Shown: positions 18,813 to 28,537 of the stretch, piece by piece
Position numbering within the stretch: the first letter of the stretch is position 1
Layout: each line of letters opens with the position of its first letter
Source: Polyangiales bacterium
Lineage (GTDB): Bacteria > Myxococcota_A > Polyangia > Polyangiales > Polyangiaceae
Length of the DNA: 62,127 nucleotides
NCBI GenBank assembly: GCA_038230375.1
Contig: JBBRNJ010000056.1
Coordinates: 1-62,127, forward strand
Reading direction: 5' to 3'
Made by a program: the position numbers and the translations under genes
Notes under the pieces: generated by a model
The model's database searches: none
Seen by the model: only the letters and a program-made list of their open reading frames with translations
What the model was told of the DNA's origin: nothing

Positions 18813-20420
18813 CTACTTCACCTGCTGCTCGAACCGCAGCTGGTACCCACCTAGCTCCACGATGTCTCCGTGCGACAGCTTGTGTGGTGCGTTCGTCAGG
18901 CTCTGGCCGTTCACGTTCGTCGTGTTGGTGCTTCCCAGATCGCAGATCCAGAAATCGCCCTCGAGCGCGTAGACGTCTGCATGACGGCGTGAGACGCGAT
19001 CGCTCACGATCACGATGTCTGCGTCGTGTGTGCGTCCGATGGTGCACTGCGGACCCAGCTTGTGCCTGATCGCGGCGCCGCGCATCTCCACCAGGTACGC
19101 CTCCGCGAAGAGGCCCGACGTGCGCAGCAGCGCTTCCATCGTTCCCTTGCCGCGCCGCCCGCCGCCGGTGCCCGCGTGCAACGTGCCGCGGACGGCCCCC
19201 TTGCGGAACGCCTGGTATTGCTCGGCGTTGGGCCTTCGCTCCATCGCCATGGCCTCGTCCAGGAGCAGCTCGTAGACGTCCGCAAGCTCCGAGCCGTCTC
19301 CCTTTGCGAAGAGCCCGGAGGCGTCGAGCTCCTTCATGAGCTTGCGTAGCTCCGCCGCCGCACCATCCCACTGTCCGCGATCTGCGATCGCTCGCGCTGC
19401 GGCACGCGTCTCCTCGGCGCGCAGGACGTAGACCGCGCGTGCACCGTCGCCCGACACGGGTGCTCCGCCAGCGCGAAGGTCGATGTTGGCGGTATCGTCC
19501 ACGTTGAACGACTGCTCGCTGCCCGCGCGCTTGTAGCCCACGCGCAGCATGAGGAGCTGCCCGCGAAGCGCTGAAGCATCGCGCTTCTGCACGGTGAGCT
19601 CCACCGCCACCAGGCGCTTCTGCCCGTCCATCAGATCGCCCAGCGGCGCGACCAGGCCCGCTGCCGAGAACGACGTGCGCGACACGCCGAGCACGCGCAG
19701 GATCTGGACTCCAGGGGCGGGCACGAAGATGACCTCCACGCTGTCGACGACCATGTCTGCCTGCGCGCCAACGGCCATCGCAAACTCGTGCTGACAGCGA
19801 TGCGGATCTTGCACGAAGAAATACCGGCCGCCACCGGCCTCCGCGATGCGGGACAGGATGTCCTCGTTGTGGTGCTGCCCGTAGCCCAGCGTGGAGACCG
19901 ACAGGTCCGCGCGCATCCCGGACACGATATCCGACAGCGCAGCGGGCGTAGAGGCGCCCACGTTCGGCGCGCCATCGGACAGAAGGAGAACGCTTCGTCT
20001 CGCGCCCTGCCTCTTCGACTCCGCCAGCGCCTTGTGAGAGGTCACGAGCCCCGCCTCCACAGCAGTGCCGCCATCCGTGGAGAGCCTGCGCGCACGTGAC
20101 CGCAGGAGGCGCTTGCCCGCGTCGTCCATGGCGGTGAGCTCGCACACGCGCGTGGCACCGCTGGAGAACGCGACGATGCCCACGCGATCGTTGGGCTGGA
20201 AGAGCTCCACCAGACGCTCGGCGGACGCAATGACGTGCTCGATGGGAGGGCCCTGCATGGATCCCGACACGTCGATGGCGAGCATGGTGTCCAGGTCCGC
20301 GCGCGCGCGCTCCACACCGTCGCCCTTCGCCGTGACCTCGCACACGACGAAGATCCGGCTCTCGACCTGGGGATCGATCGAGTCGCGGTCGGTGAGCACG
20401 CGGACGCTGAGCAACGGCAT
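18813..20420 (-). CDS. vWA domain protein with C-terminal FHA domain
   Basis: MIDAS DVSGSM, GGT, LLSDG; C-terminal IGR..VSRRHA..DLGSTNTTNVNG; AGGAG upstream of ATG 20420. Confidence 0.9.
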   Translation of the reverse strand: MPLLSVRVLTDRDSIDPQVESRIFVVCEVTAKGDGVERARADLDTMLAIDVSGSMQGPPIEHVIASAERLVELFQPNDRVGIVAFSSGATRVCELTAMDDAGKRLLRSRARRLSTDGGTAVEAGLVTSHKALAESKRQGARRSVLLLSDGAPNVGASTPAALSDIVSGMRADLSVSTLGYGQHHNEDILSRIAEAGGGRYFFVQDPHRCQHEFAMAVGAQADMVVDSVEVIFVPAPGVQILRVLGVSRTSFSAAGLVAPLGDLMDGQKRLVAVELTVQKRDASALRGQLLMLRVGYKRAGSEQSFNVDDTANIDLRAGGAPVSGDGARAVYVLRAEETRAAARAIADRGQWDGAAAELRKLMKELDASGLFAKGDGSELADVYELLLDEAMAMERRPNAEQYQAFRKGAVRGTLHAGTGGGRRGKGTMEALLRTSGLFAEAYLVEMRGAAIRHKLGPQCTIGRTHDADIVIVSDRVSRRHADVYALEGDFWICDLGSTNTTNVNGQSLTNAPHKLSHGDIVELGGYQLRFEQQVK

Positions 20421-20492
20421 GAACACTCCTATAAAGTAGTTTGTACTCTTAAGCGATACGGCGCAACCCGCAATGGATGATACGTTTGCCGG

Positions 20493-21608
20493 GTGGGTCT
20501 GTCTGCGCGCAAACGCTCCGTTTTGGCTGCGTCCCTTGTCATCGTCGCCACGGTGGGTTGCAGCGCGATCACCAGCTTCAAGGGCCTCGCCGGCGACGAC
20601 ACCACAGATGCCAGCACGGACGCGGCAAGCGCTGGCGACGCCTCCTTTGCGGACGGCAGCAGTGGCGTAGACAGCGGTCAAGATGCAGGACGCCCGCCGC
20701 CGACCAGCTGCAACGACGGTGGCGCTGGTGTCGGTGCCACGTGCGGCGCAGCCAAGTCCGACGATTGCTGCGCCATCGTGGCGGTCCCCGGCGGCACCTA
20801 CAATCGCAGCGACGAGAGCGCGTATCCGGCGACTGTGAGCCGCTTCCTCCTCGACAACCAGGAGGTCACGGTGGGACGCTTCCGCCGCTTCGTGAACGCG
20901 AACCTGGGCACGCAGGCCACGCCTCCGATGGCGGGCGCGGGCGCACACCCCAAGATCGCGAGCAGCGGCTGGGACAGCTCGTGGAACGCGAAGCTTGCTG
21001 CAAGCCCTTCGGCGCTTCTCACGTCCCTGCATTGCGGCAACTCGCACTGGACCGACACGGTGGACGCGTACGAGTCGTACCCGATGAGTTGCGTCACCTG
21101 GTACGTCGGGTTCGCCTTCTGCGCGTGGGACGGCGGGCGGCTCCCCACCGAGGCTGAATGGAACTACGCCGCCGCCGGTGGCAGCGAGCAGCGGAAGTAC
21201 GCGTGGTCCAGTCCGCCGGGCTTCTCCACCATCGACCCCACCTACGCGACGTACGGCTGCTTCGGCCATGGCGGCACGCCCACCTACACCGAAGCCGGCT
21301 CGCCGAACTGCGTCGCGGCAGACATCCTCCCCGTTGGCGTTCACTCGCCGAAGGGCGACGGAAAATGGGGCCACGCCGACCTCGGCGGCAGCATGTGGGA
21401 ATGGACATTGGACGTCTACGCTTCCCCGTACCCACAGGCGAACTGCGAGGACTGCGCGAACATCAAGGTGGGCAGCGCCAGCGAACGCGTCATCCGTGGT
21501 GGCGACTACGACAGCTTCGACTACGACCTGGACACGGCCTATCGCTCCAGCGACGTACCCACCGCGCTCCAGGACGACCGTGGGCTGCGCTGCGCGCGCG
21601 ATCCCTGA
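20493..21608 (+). CDS. SUMF1/FGE-sulfatase domain lipoprotein
   Basis: Lipobox TVGC; EVTVGRF, FCAWDGGRLPTEAEWNYAA, DLGGSMWEW, RVIRGG, GLRCAR. Confidence 0.92.
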   Translation: MGLSARKRSVLAASLVIVATVGCSAITSFKGLAGDDTTDASTDAASAGDASFADGSSGVDSGQDAGRPPPTSCNDGGAGVGATCGAAKSDDCCAIVAVPGGTYNRSDESAYPATVSRFLLDNQEVTVGRFRRFVNANLGTQATPPMAGAGAHPKIASSGWDSSWNAKLAASPSALLTSLHCGNSHWTDTVDAYESYPMSCVTWYVGFAFCAWDGGRLPTEAEWNYAAAGGSEQRKYAWSSPPGFSTIDPTYATYGCFGHGGTPTYTEAGSPNCVAADILPVGVHSPKGDGKWGHADLGGSMWEWTLDVYASPYPQANCEDCANIKVGSASERVIRGGDYDSFDYDLDTAYRSSDVPTALQDDRGLRCARDP

Positions 21609-21640
21609 CGGCGCCCGAGTCCTCTGCTAGCGTAACCCCC

Positions 21641-22651
21641 GTGAAACGCTCCCGGCTCGCCCTGCACCTCGCCATCGCGTGTACTCTGCATGCAACTGCG
21701 CTCACCATCGTCCAGCCCGCGCTGGCGGCGGGAGGAACGGTAGCAGCAGGAACGGCAGCGCCTGCGGGCACCAGCACCACAGCGCCGGCTGCTGGCGGCG
21801 GCGCGGCGCCGGGCAAGGGCGCGAACGTCGGCTCACAGGACAAGGATCTCGTCGCGAAGGCGCAGGCGCTCTTCGACGATCAGCAGTACGAGGAGTCCAT
21901 CCAGACGCTGTCCGCCGCGCTGGTCCGCCCAAGCAACACGCGAGAGAAGAAGGTGGAGATCTACCGCCTCCTCTCGCTCAACTACATCACGCTGAACCGC
22001 AAGGAAGAGGCTGAGAGCGCCGTGCGCGGTCTGCTCTCCATCCAGCCCGACTACCAGCTGCCGCCCGGTGAGTCGCCGCGCTTCCGCGACTTCTTCACGG
22101 CCGTCCGTGCAAAGTGGGAAGGCGAAGGCCGCCCCGGCCTCGTGAAGGACGATCCGAACCTGCCCAAGGTCAACGTGAAGCACGGCGCGCCCAGCCAGGC
22201 GGATCCAAACACGGCGATCGACATCGTCGCGCGCCTGGAAGATCCGGGCTCGCGCGTGTCGGAGGTGCATGTGCACTACCGCACGGGCTCCCACGACGAG
22301 TTCCTGGATCTCACGGCGACGCTGGCGGACGGCCGCGCACGCGTGCAGATCCCGGCGGCTGCGGTGAAGCCGCCCATCGTCGAGTACTACATAGAGGCGG
22401 TCGACAAGACCGGTGGCATCGTCGGTTCGCGCGGGGATCCGACCACGCCGATCCGCGTCGCCGTGTCCGAGCCGCAGCGTGGCTGGGTGGTGCCCGTCGC
22501 GATCGGCGGCGCGGTCCTTGGCGTGGGCGCGATCATCGGCGGGCTTGCGCTGGCCGGCGTGTTCAACGGCTCGTCCAGCGGAGGCGGGCAAAAGCAGCCG
22601 CCGGGCACGCAGAACTCCACCGTGTCGGTCGGCATCGCGACCTTTCGCTGA
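21641..22651 (+). CDS. Exported TPR + Ig-like protein with C-terminal Gly-rich hydrophobic segment
   Basis: Signal peptide ending ALA; TPR-like AQALFDDQQYEESI; beta-rich VEYYIEAVD; WVVPVAIGGAVLGVG; ends VSVGIATFR. Confidence 0.8.
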   Translation: MKRSRLALHLAIACTLHATALTIVQPALAAGGTVAAGTAAPAGTSTTAPAAGGGAAPGKGANVGSQDKDLVAKAQALFDDQQYEESIQTLSAALVRPSNTREKKVEIYRLLSLNYITLNRKEEAESAVRGLLSIQPDYQLPPGESPRFRDFFTAVRAKWEGEGRPGLVKDDPNLPKVNVKHGAPSQADPNTAIDIVARLEDPGSRVSEVHVHYRTGSHDEFLDLTATLADGRARVQIPAAAVKPPIVEYYIEAVDKTGGIVGSRGDPTTPIRVAVSEPQRGWVVPVAIGGAVLGVGAIIGGLALAGVFNGSSSGGGQKQPPGTQNSTVSVGIATFR

Positions 22652-22679
22652 GATGAGCGCCTCACATGAGCCGCCTCCC

Positions 22680-23564
22680 ATGAGCGAGCCGCGCTTTCCG
22701 TTCGTTCTCGTGGACGTCGCGCCCGATGACGTGGACTTCGTCAGCTACTCGCTGTTCGAGCTGGGCGCGCAGGGCGTGGAGGAGCGTGACGAGTCCACGC
22801 TCCACAAGAATGTGCAGACGGGGAAGGTCACGCTCTCCGCCAGCTTCCTCACGCGCGAGGATGCAGACGCCGCCCTGACTGAGCTCGACGCAGCGCTGTC
22901 CCCGCGCATCGAGGAGATCGTCGGCGACGCGTGGCGCGACGCGTGGAAGCAGCACTACAAACCGTTTGCAGTATGCAAAGGTCTGGTCGTGCGCCCGCCG
23001 TGGGAGCCGTACGACGCGAAGGACGGCGAAGAGGTGCTCGAGCTGGAGCCCGGTCGCGCGTTCGGCACTGGCCTCCACGAGACCACGTCCCTCGTGGCAG
23101 AGAGCCTGTCCGCGCGCCGCGCAGAGATCGCGGGCAAGAACGTACTGGATGTGGGGTGCGGCAGTGGCATCCTCTCGCTCGTGGCGCTCTCGTTCGGCGG
23201 CGCGCGCGCGCTCGCAGTGGACGTGGATCCGGACGCGGTCGCTGTCACGCTGGAGAACGCAGCACGCAACGGGATGTCAGCGAAGATCACCTCGTCCACC
23301 ACGGACATCAAGGACGTGCCCGGCGAGTTCCCGGTGGTCGTCGCCAACATCGAGGCAGGCGTCCTCATCCCGATGAGCCAGGTGCTCTTCGCGCACGTCG
23401 CGCCCGGCGGCTTCCTCACGCTCTCAGGTATCCTGCTTCCGCAAGCGGACGACGTCACGCGCGCCTACGAGGCGCACGGCGGCAAGCTGGAGACGAAGGT
23501 CGAGAAGGGCGAGTGGGTCGCGCTGGTCCTGCGCAAGCCGGCGCACCAAGCTCCGGCAGCGTGA
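22680..23564 (+). CDS. prmA: Ribosomal protein L11 methyltransferase
   Basis: WRDAWKQHYKP, EPGRAFGTGLHETT, VLDVGCGSGIL, VVANI, LSGIL. Confidence 0.93.
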   Translation: MSEPRFPFVLVDVAPDDVDFVSYSLFELGAQGVEERDESTLHKNVQTGKVTLSASFLTREDADAALTELDAALSPRIEEIVGDAWRDAWKQHYKPFAVCKGLVVRPPWEPYDAKDGEEVLELEPGRAFGTGLHETTSLVAESLSARRAEIAGKNVLDVGCGSGILSLVALSFGGARALAVDVDPDAVAVTLENAARNGMSAKITSSTTDIKDVPGEFPVVVANIEAGVLIPMSQVLFAHVAPGGFLTLSGILLPQADDVTRAYEAHGGKLETKVEKGEWVALVLRKPAHQAPAA

Positions 23565-24298
23565 GCATCGTGCGACGCGTGCATATTGCAGATATCCGCG
23601 AGGGGACGCTGCCTGCGCCGCCCCAGGTCGCGCACTACCTGCGGGACGTCCTGCGGCTTCCGGACGGCGAGAAGCTCGGCGTGTTCGGGGCAGGCTTCGA
23701 GGCCGAGTGCGTGCTCGGCGTGGGCGCGGACGGAGCGGTGACGCTCGCGATCTCGTCGCTGCGGAGGCTGCCGGCTCGACGGCCCGTGACGCTGCTGTAT
23801 GCGCTGGCGAAGGGCGACAAGGTGGACGCCGTGGTGCGCGACGCGACGGAGCTGGGCGTGACGCGCGTCGTGGTCTTTGCGGCGGAGCGAAGCATCGTCA
23901 AGCTGGAGGACGACCGCGCCCAGAAGCGAACCGAGCGCTGGCAGAAGATCGCCGAGGAGGCGGCGCGCCAGTCCGGGAGAGCGGACCCGCCCGAGATCGC
24001 GGGCCCACTGCCCTTCGCAGCGGCGCTCGCCAGCGTGCAGAATACACATAAATGGCTACTGCATCCCGCGGCGCCGATGCAGCTGGCGGACGGCCTGGAC
24101 GCGGCGCTCGCAACGACCGACGGCCTGGCGTTCGCAGTGGGCCCGGAGGGCGGGTTCTCCGAAGAAGAGCTCGCATTGGCGGAGCAGCAAGGCTTCACGA
24201 CCGCATCGTTCGGTACGACCACGCTGAGAACAGAGACAGTCCCCGCCGCGATCCTCGGGGCGCTGGCAGTGCTCGACAGACGCGTCACTTCTTGGTGA
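23561..24298 (+). CDS. rsmE: 16S rRNA m3U1498 methyltransferase
   Basis: HYLRDVLRL, ATELGV, EAARQSGR, VGPEGGFS, LRTET; GTGA overlap with prmA (conserved gene pair). Confidence 0.93.
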   Translation: MSIVRRVHIADIREGTLPAPPQVAHYLRDVLRLPDGEKLGVFGAGFEAECVLGVGADGAVTLAISSLRRLPARRPVTLLYALAKGDKVDAVVRDATELGVTRVVVFAAERSIVKLEDDRAQKRTERWQKIAEEAARQSGRADPPEIAGPLPFAAALASVQNTHKWLLHPAAPMQLADGLDAALATTDGLAFAVGPEGGFSEEELALAEQQGFTTASFGTTTLRTETVPAAILGALAVLDRRVTSW

Positions 24299-25466
24299 CG
24301 GCGCTCTGCCCCGACACCGGATCGAACGTGATCGCTCCGTGCTGGAAGTCGTTCCGTCGGCCGCCCGCCACTGCGTATTCGTCGCTCGTCGGATATCCGA
24401 GCTCGCCCGCCTCCCACTTCAAGGCCGCCCACTTGTCGCGGATGGCCCCGTGAACTTCGAACGCGCCGGTCTGCGGCGTCCAGTAGATCGACCCGTTCTG
24501 GAATACGTTGTAGCGACCGACGCCGTCCGGGGTCCCCGTCTCGCCGGTCGTCGGCGCGCCGAGAAAGGAGCGGCATTCGCCGAGCGCGACGTACTTGTCG
24601 TGGATGGCGCCACCGGTGCCGCCCGCTCCACCCGGACACTCGGGCGGGGCGCAGGCATCGTCCACAGTCCCCGGATTTCTCGTGCAGCCGCTCGCGCACG
24701 CGGTCGTCGCCGTGAGCGAGTGCCCGCCGCACGTGTAGAGCGTATTCACGTCGCCTCCGATGTCGTGACCGCCGCAGTAGCCACCGTTCCCCAGGCCCGC
24801 GCATGAGGCGGTCGCCGCCGTTCCAGTGACGCCGCCCGCAGGCGAGATGAATCCGCTGATCGTCATTCCGATCACGCCGGGGTGGGACCCGACGGTGCCC
24901 GGGTATGGCGGATTGTTGAGGATGACGTGCGACGTGCGCGAGAACTGCGCTTCGGTTCCTGATTGCCCGTTCCAGTCCCCGCTCGCCGTCTGGATGCGGC
25001 CATCGGCGAGGACCTTTGTCACGATCGCGACGTGATCCGCGTATCCGTTGCCGCCGTAGTTGAACACGACGGCGTCGCCCTCGTGGGCGGTGCGCGACAG
25101 CGTGCCGTGGTTCTGCCCGTAGACGTAGAAGCTTCCGGCGGCGGCAGTGAGGCCGCCCACGTTCACGCCGCTGTTCGCCCAGACCCACTTCACGAAGTCC
25201 GCGCACCAGTATTCGGGCTGGCCTCCGTTGCCAGTGCAGCTCGAGAAGAAGCTGTTTCCCGCGCGGGTGTTGCGCCCGCACGCGGTTCCGCCGGCGTTCG
25301 CGAGCGCGAGCCCCGTGAGGTCACCGCTGGTGACGTTCGAAGAGCTCGTTGCCACGTCGTCCGCGATCGGGTCCGGCGCGCAGCCATAGAAGGCGAGCAG
25401 GACGGGGGTGAGTGACAGGGTGAGAGCGACAGCGCGACGCGACTCGGTGATCGGATGTTTCAGCAT
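24285..25466 (-). CDS. Lipoprotein: CHAP-type amidase/endopeptidase + Cys-rich linker + LGFP repeats
   Basis: Lipobox FYGC; YWCADFVKWVW (catalytic Cys), GDAVVF, DHVAIV (His); C-terminal LGAPTT..FQNGSIYW and LGYPTSDE..FQHG. Confidence 0.85.
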   Translation of the reverse strand: MLKHPITESRRAVALTLSLTPVLLAFYGCAPDPIADDVATSSSNVTSGDLTGLALANAGGTACGRNTRAGNSFFSSCTGNGGQPEYWCADFVKWVWANSGVNVGGLTAAAGSFYVYGQNHGTLSRTAHEGDAVVFNYGGNGYADHVAIVTKVLADGRIQTASGDWNGQSGTEAQFSRTSHVILNNPPYPGTVGSHPGVIGMTISGFISPAGGVTGTAATASCAGLGNGGYCGGHDIGGDVNTLYTCGGHSLTATTACASGCTRNPGTVDDACAPPECPGGAGGTGGAIHDKYVALGECRSFLGAPTTGETGTPDGVGRYNVFQNGSIYWTPQTGAFEVHGAIRDKWAALKWEAGELGYPTSDEYAVAGGRRNDFQHGAITFDPVSGQSAVTKK

Positions 25467-25479
25467 GACAGGCCGCTCG

Positions 25480-25495
25480 AGCGAATCCCGTGCCG
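25480..25495 (-). promoter_or_regulatory. Putative sigma54 -24/-12 promoter of the CHAP-LGFP gene
   Basis: Minus strand CGGCACGGGATTCGCT (GG-N10-GC), 13 nt before the ATG. Confidence 0.65.
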
Positions 25496-25701
25496 TGCGA
25501 CGATCACTGCGCTTGTACGGAGATCGGCGCAGCGAGCTTGCTGCGGCGAGCCATCATCACGTGGGGTGTTCGTTCGGTCACACGAGTGACCTCTCGCTCG
25601 AGCGGTCCGACATCATCATGGCGTGCCGCGAATCGTCGGAGATCATCGGCTCGCTTGCGCCTCGGGTGCCGGCACGAAGGCTGCAGCTCCTCGCGGCAGA
25701 G

Positions 25702-26904
25702 ATGATGCCCGCAAGAGAATTCCCGCTCCCGTTTCCTCGGCTGCTGGCGCAGCACATCGTCTCCGAGAAGATCGCCGCAGGTGGGATGGCGTCCGTCCAC
25801 GTCGCCGTCTCGCCGGATCCCACGCAGCCCGTCCTTGCGGTGAAGCGAGTGCATCCTCACCTCGCGAGCGCCGAATTCACGCGGATGCTGCTCGAGGAGG
25901 CGGGGATCTCTGCGTCGATACGGCACCAGAACGTCGTGACGACGTACGGGGCGGACATGATCGGAGACGAGGTCTTCCTGGTCATGGACTACGTCCCGGG
26001 ACTCTCGCTCCACGTCATCCAGCAGAGGGTCCGTCCAGGCTCGATCCCCGTCAGGTTCGCGGTCGCGATCATGGCGGACGTGCTCCGCGGTCTGCACGCG
26101 GCCCACGAGGCGGTGGACGCAAACGGCGACTCGATGAAGATCGTCCACCGCGACGTCTCTCCACAGAACATCCTGGTCGGCCTGGACGGCATCGCGCGCG
26201 TGCTCGACTTCGGCATCGCAACGGCGGAGCGGCGGACGAGTGACACGGGGATGGGCGACGTGAAGGGGAAGCTCGGGTACATGGCGCCCGAGCAGCTGCG
26301 CCAGCACGCGGTGGACCGCCGCACCGACGTCTATGCCGCCGCGGTCGTGCTGTGGCAAGCGCTGGTCGGCGAATCGCTCTTCCAGGACGTGAACGACGCG
26401 GCCACGTATGGAAACGCGCTCAGGGGCTGCTCGACGCGGCCTGGCAGGCGTGTCGCCGGCATCCCTGCTGCGCTCGACGAGATCGTGATGCGAGGACTCG
26501 CCCGACGACCGAATGATCGCTTCGCGACTGCGCTCGACATGGCTTGCGCGCTCGACTCGGTCTTCGCGTTCAATCCGGTAGGACGCGACGAGCTCGCCGC
26601 GTGGCTCTGCCTGCTGGGCGCCCGTTCTGTCCGCGAACCCGGGCAGGTGGTTGCCGACCTGTCGTGTTCGACCTTCCGGAACATGCCTACGACCGTACGC
26701 GCCGTCGCGCCGCCCGCGCGACCTCTCGAGCTCTCCCTGCTGGACAGGTGGATGTTCGGCACCATGCTCTTCGCGCTGGGAGTCCTGCTCGGATTCATCG
26801 TCGTCCGCAGAACCGTTCCAGCAGCGGACGTGTCGACGACCGTTCCGAGAGGCACATTCGCCTGGGAAGCCGTTCCCACGAACGGGCGTGTCGCCGCAAT
26901 GTGA
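25702..26904 (+). CDS. Ser/Thr protein kinase with C-terminal TM helix
   Basis: AGGMASV, LAVKR, HRDVSPQN, DFG, GKLGYMAPE, DVYAA; TM WMFGTMLFALGVLLGFIVV; start uncertain. Confidence 0.9.
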   Translation: MMPAREFPLPFPRLLAQHIVSEKIAAGGMASVHVAVSPDPTQPVLAVKRVHPHLASAEFTRMLLEEAGISASIRHQNVVTTYGADMIGDEVFLVMDYVPGLSLHVIQQRVRPGSIPVRFAVAIMADVLRGLHAAHEAVDANGDSMKIVHRDVSPQNILVGLDGIARVLDFGIATAERRTSDTGMGDVKGKLGYMAPEQLRQHAVDRRTDVYAAAVVLWQALVGESLFQDVNDAATYGNALRGCSTRPGRRVAGIPAALDEIVMRGLARRPNDRFATALDMACALDSVFAFNPVGRDELAAWLCLLGARSVREPGQVVADLSCSTFRNMPTTVRAVAPPARPLELSLLDRWMFGTMLFALGVLLGFIVVRRTVPAADVSTTVPRGTFAWEAVPTNGRVAAM

Positions 26905-26915
26905 CAAAATCGGCG

Positions 26916-26950
26916 CGCGCCGCTCGAGCAGGGGTGGCTCGAGCAGCGCG
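26916..26950. terminator. GC-rich hairpin between convergent genes
   Basis: cgcgc-c-gctcgagc loop gctcgagc-a-gcgcg; no clear U-tract. Confidence 0.4.
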
Positions 26951-26980
26951 TCTTGACGATCGTATCGTTTGGCTAGGCCG

Positions 26981-28360
26981 TTATTGACACGTCGAGGTGA
27001 GCGCGGGGGTGTCCCACGCGAACAGCGGGGTCGTGATCCGCGGGTAGTACATCGTGAACGAGTAACACATCTCGTTCTCCGTATTTTCCCCGAACTGTAC
27101 GACGCTCGACGTCGTGTTCTTGTATGCGCAATGGGTGGTGATCGTGTCGCCGGCCTTCGCCGTGACCTGGATCGGCAGGAACGCTTGGTTCTGAAAGTCC
27201 CAGTTGGCGATCGTCCCCATGTCCTGCTTTGCACCCCCGCCCGCCGGCGTGAGGTGCGTGTCGATCGCAGTCCCGAGCGTGTGCATGTGCGGCATCGCGG
27301 CGGTGAACGTGCGGCCCGCCATGGCCTGCGGGATGGTGACGCTGCATGTGCGCTGGTATGTCGAGTTCGGCGGGATGCTCAGCGAGTGCGTGCCAAAGGC
27401 GACCACGTCCGCCTCGTACTGGCGCGGGGCCGACGTACACATGTCGAGGCCCGTCGAGTCATGTTGTCCAGCAAGCGCCAGCGCGTTGTTGTAGTGGACC
27501 TGGACGACGAAGTGCGACGGCGCGTTCGGATCGAGCGGGTAGCCCGCCTCCTTCGGCGTGTACATGTTCTTGCCGCCGGGCGCCCAGCCGAACATCAGGC
27601 TCCACTGCAGCGACCCGCCCGCGCTGCACGGGGTGGGCGTTGACGACACCGTGCTCGGGGCACGGAACAGCAACATGTGGTGCACGATCTTCTTGTTGTC
27701 GACCTTCGGCGAGAACGCGACGATGTGCTTCGCCGCGGTCGCCGGCACGTCCACGCCGTAGCAGACGTACTGGTCGAGCTGGTTCTGCGGCATGCTCCAC
27801 GGCGACGGCGGCGCGAAATGCAGGTCCGGCGTGCAGCTGAGCGGCTCGGTGCCGTCGCCAGTTGGTGCCACACTGCCACACACCGCGGTCGACTTCGGCG
27901 CGCTAGCTGCGATGAAGCCATCGAGTGTCGCCTGGTCCGTCGCGGAGAGACGCATGTTCGGCGGCGGCGGCATCGGTCGCTTGTCGTCGTGCGTGCGCGC
28001 GCCGATGAGCTCGTACTCCTTCCTGGAGGGATCGCTCTTCGACGGTGCATTCAGGTCGTTCCACGTGACGAGCGAGCTAGACGCTCCTGCAGTGGGGCTC
28101 GCACCGTGGCAGCTCTGACAGTTCTTGGCGAGGACCGCGTCCACGTCACAGGGGAGCCCGGACGCGGTGGCGCCGCTCGCACCACCACCAGGCGAAGCAC
28201 CCGAGCCGCCGCCGTTCGTCGGCGCGGAGGCGCTGCCGTTCGTGTCTCCACGCACGCCGGGCGCCGACGGATCGGAGCCCTGGTCGGAGCTGCACGCGGC
28301 GAGCGCCTGGGCGAGCATCACCGCGACGAGCGAAGAGCCGAGAATGGGAATGGTTCGCAT
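26981..28360 (-). CDS. Lipoprotein: CxxCH cytochrome c-like domain + copper type II (PHM/DBH-like) monooxygenase
   Basis: Lipobox LAAC; NCQSCH..MPP; Cu ligands VHHMLL, QVHY, PHMH, NEMC; WAPGG. Confidence 0.85.
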   Translation of the reverse strand: MRTIPILGSSLVAVMLAQALAACSSDQGSDPSAPGVRGDTNGSASAPTNGGGSGASPGGGASGATASGLPCDVDAVLAKNCQSCHGASPTAGASSSLVTWNDLNAPSKSDPSRKEYELIGARTHDDKRPMPPPPNMRLSATDQATLDGFIAASAPKSTAVCGSVAPTGDGTEPLSCTPDLHFAPPSPWSMPQNQLDQYVCYGVDVPATAAKHIVAFSPKVDNKKIVHHMLLFRAPSTVSSTPTPCSAGGSLQWSLMFGWAPGGKNMYTPKEAGYPLDPNAPSHFVVQVHYNNALALAGQHDSTGLDMCTSAPRQYEADVVAFGTHSLSIPPNSTYQRTCSVTIPQAMAGRTFTAAMPHMHTLGTAIDTHLTPAGGGAKQDMGTIANWDFQNQAFLPIQVTAKAGDTITTHCAYKNTTSSVVQFGENTENEMCYSFTMYYPRITTPLFAWDTPALTSTCQ

Positions 28361-28389
28361 TTGTTTTTCGTGGCCTCGGCATGTTCACG

Positions 28390-28405
28390 AGCACGCGCTG
28401 TGCCA
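28390..28405 (-). promoter_or_regulatory. Putative sigma54 promoter of the monooxygenase gene
   Basis: Minus strand TGGCACAGCGCGTGCT, 29 nt upstream of the ATG. Confidence 0.65.
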
Positions 28406-28537
28406 GCCGACGCGCAGCATCGGCGCACTGCTGACGGCGAATGCGAGCGTGGATCCCACGAAGCGTTCTCCGCGCTACGCGAGTGACCAGCAGAACTACC
28501 CGGCCCTGGTCCACGTGCGACCAGCCCCAGCCCTGCG

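Noticed and set aside
20493..21608. Diversity-generating retroelement target (FGE/C-type lectin fold)
   Set aside because: No reverse transcriptase and no template-repeat/variable-repeat pair seen in the window.
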